A stretch of DNA of 5,008 nucleotides, from positions 1 to 5,008 of the IMG/VR virus record IMGVR_UViG_3300045988_167509; one strand, given 5' to 3'. Below are positions 1 to 4,972 of the stretch, in pieces. A program made the position numbers and the translations under genes. The DNA comes from a virus. Below the pieces are notes generated by a model. It was not told the DNA's origin and ran no database searches. It saw only the letters and a list, made by a program, of their open reading frames with translations. Positions within the stretch are counted from its first letter, which is position 1; each line of letters starts with the position of its first letter.

Positions 1-63
1 AACGAACATAGGGGCGAAAATTCCGGAAATGTCATTTACAACAGACAAAGGGCTCACCTCCAT
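1..63 (-). CDS. Partial duplicate copy (N-terminal 21 codons) of the VP2-like gene, present because of the terminal redundancy
   Basis: The minus-strand ATG at 63..61 is the same ATG as 4972..4970 (MEVSPLSVVNDISGIF...). The ORF runs off the window start. This is an assembly/linearisation artefact, not a second gene. Confidence 0.5.
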   Translation of the reverse strand, partial: MEVSPLSVVNDISGIFAPMFV

Positions 64-99
64 CAGAGATAAAAAAAGTGCAATAACGTAAAAAAAAAT
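1..99. repeat. Terminal redundancy of the linearised circular genome; identical to 4910..5008
   Basis: I compared 1..99 with 4910..5008 base by base and they are identical. This gives a circular unit of 4909 nt. The anchor 'cat' at 61..63 matches 4970..4972. Whether the identity extends beyond the window ends cannot be seen. Confidence 0.9.
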
Positions 100-111
100 A
101 GGAAAGCACAT

Positions 112-161
112 TCAAAAACTCCGAACGGAGCTTAATACCGCAAATGCGGCGCTCCGTCCGG
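112..161 (-). terminator. Putative rho-independent terminator downstream of VP1
   Basis: On the minus strand, 161..121 forms a GC-rich stem (121-131 ccgaacggagc pairs with 151-161 gctccgtccgg, 10 of 11 bp). It carries an internal mini-hairpin, ccgc-aaat-gcgg at 138..149. It is immediately followed, at 120..112, by AGTTTTTGAA and further T-runs (CCTATTTTTTTTTACG). It lies 15 nt after the VP1 stop at 176..178. A second 6-bp GC stem, 165-170 ggccgg / 182-187 ccggcc, straddles the VP1 stop. Confidence 0.45.
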
Positions 162-175
162 AATGGCCGGCGAAA

Positions 176-1879
176 TCACATCCGGCCAAGGTGAGCCGGA
201 ATAGAATACATAGGCATAGGACGAGTATGCAGAACGTCAAAAGCGAAATCACCGAAAATCTGATTGGAAACAGAGGAAGAAACAGTAAGAACACGATCAA
301 CATTTGCAACATCCTCTCTAATCCAAGAATCAGAAAGAACAGGAGGGGAAGAATAATTGTCCGCAAGCGTCCAAGTGAAAAGGGAATTCTTCACATTCGG
401 GCGAAGCTCGCCAGAGACGCGCGAAGGTTTGTATCTATAATCAGACCAAGCTTCCTGATAAGCGAACACATCACCAACCGGATTATCGTCCGAATAAAAG
501 ATTTCGTCACGGTAAACGGGTTGCTCTCCAATCGAACTAAACACGGGAAGAAAGAAATCAAAAACAGAATCACGCATCCAAAAACGTTCAAGACCCTGTG
601 CATAAGTGTGACGATAACGAACAACACCGAGACAGAAAAGAAAACCATGTTCAGTAAAAGACTTACGAACATCAAAATGAACATCAGCGGTGACAGAGTT
701 AGCGCCCAAATCACCAAGAAAATCATTCTCCGTCTGGGCAGTGTTAGCCACAGCCGAAACATTCAAACGAATGCGATTCCCTCCGAGATACTCGGGAATC
801 TGCAGACGGGCATCAGGCGAGATGACGCCAAAATGATTACGCAGAATTTCGGTATAGCGAGAACCGCCGCGCGCATTTCGCTCTAAATACTCCTGAGCGG
901 CGAAGGCATAACGAAGATCATTGACCGTGAAATTTGTTGCCGAAGAACCGGGAACATCAACTTTTAAATTGGATGGAAAAGCATAAACTTTACCTTCCGT
1001 AAGTTCGCCACTGTGCGAACCATAACGCCAAGAATAATCACCAGATTGACCGTCAATCTGAACGAAACCGGGCTGCTGCAAAGAACCAAAATTCGACCAA
1101 GAACCATCACTGTTATAGACCTTAGAGAAGAAACGCAAAGGAGAAGAACCGGGAGTAAAAGTCTGATCGTCGGCGGTAATTACAGGAAAAGAACCGCCAG
1201 AAAAAGAAGGAATAGGGATATTGACGGCCTGACCTTTCTGAGGGGAAGGAAGAGCAGAAGTGAAATAATCGTGAAGCTTCGAAGCCTTGAAAGGCTTACC
1301 GCCTAGCGGCACATCGACAAGATAATTAGAACCGTTTGAGCCGGTAAGGGAGGAATCACCAACATAAACATTAAGAGGGTCAGTCAAATTCTCGTCACGG
1401 AAAAACGTATTGCATATCAAAGAATAACCGCGGAAAGGAAGAGCAGACGGGGCTTTCTTCGTATCAGTAACCGATACACCAACGGGAATGCCCATATAGT
1501 CAGCAATAGTACCAGTCTGCCAACCGCCATCAGGCGGAATGAGCTTCGGCACAGAATAAGAAGTCGTGGGCGCCCAAGCACTCTGAGTATTTTCGCCTTG
1601 AAATTGCTGCCAATGCTCCCAAGTAAGACGGTTAGGAACAAAAAACCAATATGTATCAAAGAAAAGATCATCAAAGATCGGGGAATGAAGAGTCTGGAGA
1701 CGAACAAGCTTGCTCATGGTAATCTCCACGGAATCACCAGGCAAAATCTCATCTACATAAAGGGGAACAACGTCACCAACGTTAAAAGACGTAGTATGAC
1801 GACTGGGACGCTTAAAAATCGAACGCTGAATATTAGCTGACGGAAGAATAGAGAAATGAGAAGAATCATTCCGAGACAT
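176..1879 (-). CDS. Major capsid protein VP1 (Microviridae F-like), 567 aa
   Basis: A 567 aa ORF. The N-terminus MSRNDSSHF...SFNVGDVVPLYVDEILPGDS and the block RYTEILRNHFGV resemble conserved gokushovirus VP1 blocks as I recall them. The start ATG at 1879..1877 is preceded by AAGGAGGT (1896..1889) with a 9-nt spacer. A Gly/Ser-rich central segment is consistent with the variable insertion loop of gokushovirus VP1. Confidence 0.95.
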   Translation of the reverse strand: MSRNDSSHFSILPSANIQRSIFKRPSRHTTSFNVGDVVPLYVDEILPGDSVEITMSKLVRLQTLHSPIFDDLFFDTYWFFVPNRLTWEHWQQFQGENTQSAWAPTTSYSVPKLIPPDGGWQTGTIADYMGIPVGVSVTDTKKAPSALPFRGYSLICNTFFRDENLTDPLNVYVGDSSLTGSNGSNYLVDVPLGGKPFKASKLHDYFTSALPSPQKGQAVNIPIPSFSGGSFPVITADDQTFTPGSSPLRFFSKVYNSDGSWSNFGSLQQPGFVQIDGQSGDYSWRYGSHSGELTEGKVYAFPSNLKVDVPGSSATNFTVNDLRYAFAAQEYLERNARGGSRYTEILRNHFGVISPDARLQIPEYLGGNRIRLNVSAVANTAQTENDFLGDLGANSVTADVHFDVRKSFTEHGFLFCLGVVRYRHTYAQGLERFWMRDSVFDFFLPVFSSIGEQPVYRDEIFYSDDNPVGDVFAYQEAWSDYRYKPSRVSGELRPNVKNSLFTWTLADNYSSPPVLSDSWIREDVANVDRVLTVSSSVSNQIFGDFAFDVLHTRPMPMYSIPAHLGRM

Positions 1880-1974
1880 TATTCATTAACCTCCTTCTGA
1901 GATTCAAGAAGCTCTTTGAGAAGATCAAAGAGAGACGGGAGAATTGCAAGCAGAAACTTTTTGAGAAATTCCAT
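1879..1974 (-). CDS. Unlisted 31 aa amphipathic peptide ORF (MEFLKKFLLAILPSLFDLLKELLESQKEVNE), translationally coupled to VP1
   Basis: The minus-strand ATG is at 1974..1972. It is preceded by GGAGGT, embedded in the C-terminal codons of the 148 aa ORF, with an 11-nt spacer. The stop TAA at 1881..1879 overlaps the VP1 ATG by 1 nt (TAATG). The peptide has a hydrophobic N-half and a charged C-half. It is below the ORF-track length cut-off. Confidence 0.35.
   Translation of the reverse strand: MEFLKKFLLAILPSLFDLLKELLESQKEVNE
1889..1896 (-). promoter_or_regulatory. Shine-Dalgarno AAGGAGGT for VP1
   Basis: Minus-strand AAGGAGGT lies 9 nt upstream of the VP1 ATG. It sits inside the last codons (QKEV) of the 31 aa upstream ORF. 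Confidence 0.8.
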
Positions 1975-1976
1975 AA

Positions 1977-2423
1977 TCAAGAATCACCTCCTTCCGGAGA
2001 AGAACCAACAGGGGGAGAGCCGACAGGGGGAGAATCAGAAACGGGTGCACCAGCAGAAACCCAATCCTTCAGAGAATTAAACTTCGAACGCAATTCGTGA
2101 GGAAGAAGGTCAAAAGCACGCGATGCCTCAATGCCGACATCAAGAAACTCTCGAAGATTACCGGGAATTTGCGAACCATCGCCAAAAACGGCGGGCGCTC
2201 GACAGAGCGCGGAAAAGTCACCATTCTCAAGCTTATTGAGAATCAATGAAAGATCACACTCATCAGCATGAGAATTAATCTCATCCTTGATGTTGACCTT
2301 AGCAAGCGGAAGCAACTCAAAAGAACCATTTGGAAGAAGATGCGGAGAAAAAACAGTGTGCTCAGAGTCACCGCAAGCGGAAAAGGGAGCAGAAGGCATG
2401 AGAGACGCAAAAGAATTTCTCAT
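1977..2423 (-). CDS. Hypothetical 148 aa protein immediately upstream of VP1; possibly an internal scaffolding (VP3-like) protein by size and position only
   Basis: The ATG at 2423..2421 is preceded by GGAGGT with a 9-nt spacer. The ORF-track TTG at 2429 is only 3 nt from the SD, so it is an unlikely start. The start overlaps the stop of the 74 aa ORF by 1 nt (TAATG). The C-terminus has a tandem SPPVGSPPVG repeat. I do not recognise sequence-level homology. Confidence 0.6.
   Translation of the reverse strand: MRNSFASLMPSAPFSACGDSEHTVFSPHLLPNGSFELLPLAKVNIKDEINSHADECDLSLILNKLENGDFSALCRAPAVFGDGSQIPGNLREFLDVGIEASRAFDLLPHELRSKFNSLKDWVSAGAPVSDSPPVGSPPVGSSPEGGDS
2007..2036 (-). repeat. Imperfect 15-nt tandem duplication encoding SPPVG-SPPVG at the C-terminus of the 148 aa ORF
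   Basis: Plus strand 2007-2021 aacagggggagagcc and 2022-2036 gacagggggagaatc match at 12 of 15 positions. Confidence 0.8.
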
Positions 2424-2647
2424 TAGCAAACAACCTCCGGCGGAATAACCGCCGTAACAGTGCCAGAATCCATATCCATATCAGCAACATGATAAAGGGA
2501 AAGATCAGCAACAGAAAGAGAAAGATCAGAATTGGTTTTGAGAAAAAACTGCCAATCACGAACAGCTTGTTCAACAGAAGGACAAGTGATAGGGTCAGCA
2601 AAACCAGTGCGAGCATCACGAACGGCAAAAACAGGACGAATAAACAT
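2423..2647 (-). CDS. Hypothetical 74 aa protein (MFIRPVFAVRDARTGFADPITCPSVEQ...)
   Basis: The ATG at 2647..2645 is preceded by GGAGGT with a 9-nt spacer, the same 12-mer leader (GGAGGTTGTTT) as the 148 aa ORF. Its start overlaps the TGA of the upstream 53 aa ORF (TGATG). Its stop TAA overlaps the next ATG. Confidence 0.5.
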   Translation of the reverse strand: MFIRPVFAVRDARTGFADPITCPSVEQAVRDWQFFLKTNSDLSLSVADLSLYHVADMDMDSGTVTAVIPPEVVC

Positions 2648-2808
2648 CAAAAAACAACCTCCGTTTCAATTTCATCATCAAGAACAAAAACAACATCATC
2701 ATCAGGGAAAAAACGACGAAGAGAACGCCCTAGCTGATTTCGCTCTGGCACATTAGAGAAAGAAGCAGAGAAGAAAAGGAAATCCCCAACACGAACAAAA
2801 CAAGTCAT
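2647..2808 (-). CDS. Hypothetical 53 aa protein (MTCFVRVGDFLFFSASFSNVPERNQLGRSLRRFFPDDDVVFVLDDEIETEVVF), not in the ORF track
   Basis: I translated the minus strand by hand. The ATG is at 2808..2806, with GAGGAG 5 nt upstream. The start overlaps the TAA of the 68 aa ORF by 1 nt. The stop TGA at 2649..2647 overlaps the ATG of the 74 aa ORF. The region is 162 nt, 53 codons plus stop. Confidence 0.4.
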   Translation of the reverse strand: MTCFVRVGDFLFFSASFSNVPERNQLGRSLRRFFPDDDVVFVLDDEIETEVVF

Positions 2809-3014
2809 TAAATCTCCTCACAAAAAACAAAAAAATGAGAAGTGTTCATAAAATCACCACACCGAGCAGAAGAAGAAGAAAGAAAATCGACAAAACAAGA
2901 AACTGCATAAATCTCAGAACAAGAAGCAAAAGGAGAAAGACAACGTACAACATCTTCCTTGCAAGAGCAGCGATCATAAACAGAACTGTCTTTGCGACGA
3001 ACAAGAACAACCAT
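2808..3014 (-). CDS. Hypothetical Cys-rich 68 aa protein (7 Cys; MVVLVRRKDSSVYDRCSCKEDVVRCLSPFASCSEIYAVSCF...)
   Basis: This is the minus-strand ORF from the track, trimmed to the ATG at 3014..3012. It has a weak SD (AAAGG) 9 nt upstream. Its stop is coupled (TAATG) to the 53 aa ORF. It is in the same frame as, and 15 nt downstream of, the Arg-rich ORF stop. Confidence 0.4.
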   Translation of the reverse strand: MVVLVRRKDSSVYDRCSCKEDVVRCLSPFASCSEIYAVSCFVDFLSSSSARCGDFMNTSHFFVFCEEI

Positions 3015-3029
3015 TTTCAAAAGCCTTTC

Positions 3030-3146
3030 TCAAAGGCGAATACCGCCTCGATAGTTAACAACGCCAAGGTTAACGTCCTTAGTGCGCGAAGCAGTGCGAG
3101 CAAAGAAACGACGATCAGAACGGCGACGAACACGAAATCGATTGAT
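3030..3146 (-). CDS. Candidate small basic DNA-binding protein (J / ORF8-like): 38 codons, 11 Arg plus 1 Lys, no canonical start codon
   Basis: The minus-strand frame INRFRVRRRSDRRFFARTASRTKDVNLGVVNYRGGIRL* is open from the TAG at 3194..3192 to the TGA at 3032..3030. The only plausible initiator is ATC at 3146..3144, 6 nt after the GGAGGT that overlaps the Rep stop (TAGGAGGTG). The size and charge resemble microvirus J/ORF8 packaging proteins. There is no in-frame ATG, GTG or TTG. Confidence 0.3.
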   Translation of the reverse strand: MNRFRVRRRSDRRFFARTASRTKDVNLGVVNYRGGIRL

Positions 3147-3157
3147 AAAAACACCTC

Positions 3158-4111
3158 CTAAATTTTGTTCTTCTTCAGACGAGAAAGAGCACTATTTTGT
3201 GAAGCTTCTTTCACCTCCAGATAATCAGTTAAACCAAGATCAGTGTACTGCAATTCAAGAAGCTGCCTATCATCAGCAAAACGCTTCCTTGACTTGACAA
3301 TACTTTTATACCACTCGTCACCGAAGATGTCAATACCTTTCTTCAAAAGAAATTTAGGTGTAGTACACTTTCCTCTATGCTCATCGCCGAGGAAATGAAA
3401 ATAGTCATCCTTTGCATCAGGATGATCTTGCCAAAAATAACCAGCAAGACCGGGCCGACGCGACATAGTGGCAAATTCGGGCTCAATATTATGTTCAGCA
3501 TAAAAAATAGCATTTTTTCCAGTCTGCTTTTTCAAGCAATAACGGGCAACATAAGCACAAGTACGCCACGAAACATTAGCAAGAGAACACTGACCTTTTT
3601 TCCAAAGTCTATCAGACAAAAGAGCAGAAACAAAAACAGGATCACCAAGCTCATTTTTGAAAAGCAAACGAGCATCAGAAAAGTCGGAAAGCGAAAGACC
3701 AAAGACAATCAAATGATAATGCGGCCGAGCAGTTTTGTCGCCGTACTCACCAGCACAAAAAAAACGAATCTCTTTATCTTGAAAATAGAAGCGCAAGCGC
3801 TTTAGAAAGAGCTGAGCATCACGTTTATCAAGAGAAAATATAGGGGTATCGTTTTCAGTAATCAAGCCAATAGGCACATTCTCGGGCGAATACGTAAGCG
3901 TAAGAAAAACGGCAGTCTTTGAATGATCAAGCTCCATCATCATTCGATCAGCCCACTGGCGGGAACGATCGAGACGGCAGCCAATGCACTGTCCACAAGG
4001 AATAGAAACCTCAGTAAGATCAAGACGTTCACCAGTAGCACGACCGGGAAGAATCTTAATCTTCTTTTCAATTGGGTCATAAACTCCAACCATAGGCTTA
4101 TAGCAAGACAA
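3158..4111 (-). CDS. Rolling-circle replication initiation protein (VP4/Rep, phiX174 gpA-like), 317 aa
   Basis: It carries the motifs FLTLTY (motif 1), PHYHLIVF (HUH, motif 2) and YVARYCLKK (motif 3, Y..K). An N-terminal Cys cluster, CGQCIGCRLDRSRQW, is as I recall typical of gokushovirus VP4. The start is TTG at 4111..4109 with AAAGGAGG 7-8 nt upstream. The first in-frame ATG, at 4093, is 26 nt from the SD. Confidence 0.93.
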   Translation of the reverse strand: MSCYKPMVGVYDPIEKKIKILPGRATGERLDLTEVSIPCGQCIGCRLDRSRQWADRMMMELDHSKTAVFLTLTYSPENVPIGLITENDTPIFSLDKRDAQLFLKRLRFYFQDKEIRFFCAGEYGDKTARPHYHLIVFGLSLSDFSDARLLFKNELGDPVFVSALLSDRLWKKGQCSLANVSWRTCAYVARYCLKKQTGKNAIFYAEHNIEPEFATMSRRPGLAGYFWQDHPDAKDDYFHFLGDEHRGKCTTPKFLLKKGIDIFGDEWYKSIVKSRKRFADDRQLLELQYTDLGLTDYLEVKEASQNSALSRLKKNKI

Positions 4112-4119
4112 AGTTTTTT

Positions 4120-4127
4120 CCTCCTTT
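4120..4127 (-). promoter_or_regulatory. Shine-Dalgarno AAAGGAGG for Rep (serving the TTG start)
   Basis: On the minus strand, GGAAAGGAGGAAAAAACTTTG reads directly into the Rep ORF. Confidence 0.75.
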
Positions 4128-4132
4128 CCTGT

Positions 4133-4172
4133 CAGTCAGCACAGTTACATCAAGTAGAACATGTGCTGACTG
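4133..4172. promoter_or_regulatory. Perfect 10-bp inverted repeat (cagtcagcac / gtgctgactg) with a 20-nt spacer in the Rep leader
   Basis: 4133-4142 is the exact reverse complement of 4163-4172. It lies 22-60 nt upstream of the Rep start. It could be an operator, an RNA hairpin or an origin element. Confidence 0.6.
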
Positions 4173-4174
4173 CA

Positions 4175-4219
4175 TCCATTGGCTATGCAAAACGCTATCG
4201 CGTTTAACACAGCCAATGG
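4175..4219. promoter_or_regulatory. 9-bp inverted repeat (tccattggc / gccaatgga) enclosing copy 1 of the 32-bp direct repeat, with a nested 6-bp hairpin
   Basis: 4175-4183 tccattggc is the reverse complement of 4211-4219 gccaatgga. Inside it, aaacgc-tatc-gcgttt forms a perfect 6-bp stem with a 4-nt loop. Confidence 0.6.
4182..4213. repeat. 32-bp perfect direct repeat, copy 1 (gctatgcaaaacgctatcgcgtttaacacagc)
   Basis: It is identical to 4229..4260. Each copy contains the palindrome aaacgcTATCgcgttt. Confidence 0.9.
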
Positions 4220-4228
4220 AGAAAAAAC

Positions 4229-4260
4229 GCTATGCAAAACGCTATCGCGTTTAACACAGC
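4229..4260. repeat. 32-bp perfect direct repeat, copy 2
   Basis: It is identical to 4182..4213. Copy starts are 47 bp apart. Confidence 0.9.
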
Positions 4261-4303
4261 GTTTTATAACTACTAGAGACTCGAAATCACTTCTTTCTAT
4301 CTA

Positions 4304-4972
4304 CTAATTAAGGACAGAATCAAGCGCTTGAAGACCTGCTTTCGCGCCGTAATAAACAGAAGCTGAAAGCTGAAAATTTTTGGTTGCTGCCATAGTGGCA
4401 GCACTGGCAAGAGCTGCGGCAGCAGACTGAATATTACCGTTATGAAGCAACGAACGAAAAGAAAAATCATTGCTCTTAACAGAAGAAGCGGAAGAGCCGT
4501 AACCACCGGAAGAGCCGTAACCAGAAAGACCGGCAGAAGCAGTAGAAGCGCCGCCAACGTTACCAAGGGCAAGAACAGGATTTAAACCAGCAGCTTTAAG
4601 ATCAGCAACACGACGCTGTATAGCGGTATTATCAAGCGCTTCTTGATAAGCAGTTGAAACACCAAGACCGTAATGTTTAGCAAGATCGGCGTTGAGATAA
4701 TCAACGGCAGGAGAGGAAACATTACCAGAAAAACCACTGCCGTTGGAAGGCTGAACGGACGGCGTTTTCTGCGAATCTGCAGAACTACCGAAAAAGAGCT
4801 CAAGAATACCGGGCGACTTCTGAGCATTCATCTGAGAAGCGCCACCAGGTGAAAAAGGCGCTAGAACGTAAGAGGCAATGGAAGAACCAACAGCAGAAGC
4901 AGAAGAAGGAACGAACATAGGGGCGAAAATTCCGGAAATGTCATTTACAACAGACAAAGGGCTCACCTCCAT
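4304..4972 (-). CDS. Minor capsid / DNA pilot protein (VP2-like), about 217-222 aa, Gly/Ser/Ala-rich
   Basis: This ORF follows VP1 on the coding strand. The segment AKHYGLGVSTAYQEALDNTAIQRRVADLKAAGLNPVLA resembles the conserved block of gokushovirus VP2 as I recall it. The start is ambiguous: the ATG at 4972 has no SD. An in-frame TTG at 4957..4955 sits 8 nt after GGAGGT. A further upstream ATG, equivalent to 111..109, would add a 16 aa hydrophobic extension. Confidence 0.75.
   Translation of the reverse strand: MEVSPLSVVNDISGIFAPMFVPSSASAVGSSIASYVLAPFSPGGASQMNAQKSPGILELFFGSSADSQKTPSVQPSNGSGFSGNVSSPAVDYLNADLAKHYGLGVSTAYQEALDNTAIQRRVADLKAAGLNPVLALGNVGGASTASAGLSGYGSSGGYGSSASSVKSNDFSFRSLLHNGNIQSAAAALASAATMAATKNFQLSASVYYGAKAGLQALDSVLN
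4490..4524 (-). repeat. Tandem 18-nt repeat (cggaagagccgtaacca x2) encoding the GYGSS-GGYGSS low-complexity segment in VP2
   Basis: 4490-4506 and 4508-4524 are identical 17-mers separated by 1 nt. Confidence 0.85.

Noticed and set aside
191-886. 231 aa plus-strand ORF, and other plus-strand ORFs (1013..1306, 1598..1840, 2489..2737, 2532..2756, 2835..3161, 3082..3297, 3377..3805, 3923..4207)
   Set aside because: All lie antisense to strong minus-strand genes. They translate to K/R/N/T-rich low-complexity sequence, as expected from reading the purine/A-rich complement. Microviridae encode all their genes on one strand.
3120-3160. Programmed -1 frameshift joining Rep to the Arg-rich frame
   Set aside because: There is no X XXY YYZ slippery heptamer before the Rep stop. 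CAAAATT is only a weak approximation.
4229-4250. LexA/SOS box inside the 32-bp repeats (CTGTGTTAAACGCGATAG)
   Set aside because: It has CTGT-N8 but lacks the ACAG half-site, so it does not match CTGT-N8-ACAG.
4262-4303. Sigma70-like promoter calls (TATAAA at 4267..4262 on the minus strand; TTGCAT in each 32-mer; TTGCAC/TATCTC upstream of VP2)
   Set aside because: Spacing or -35 matches are poor in every case. I cannot support a specific promoter from sequence alone.
4262-4320. CRESS-type nonanucleotide origin (NANTATTAC) or a phiX174-like ori 30-mer
   Set aside because: No convincing match was found by eye. Microviridae Reps do not use the CRESS nonanucleotide.
112-4827. Minus-strand out-of-frame ORFs nested inside VP1, VP2 or the small-gene cassette (112..366, 391..762, 1417..1707, 2368..2628, 4297..4572, 4582..4827)
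   Set aside because: These are hydrophobic L/F-rich frames, typical of alternate-frame reading of a T-rich coding strand. They have no SD-start pairing like the real genes. A phiX E-like overlapping lysis gene cannot be excluded formally, but none has a convincing RBS.
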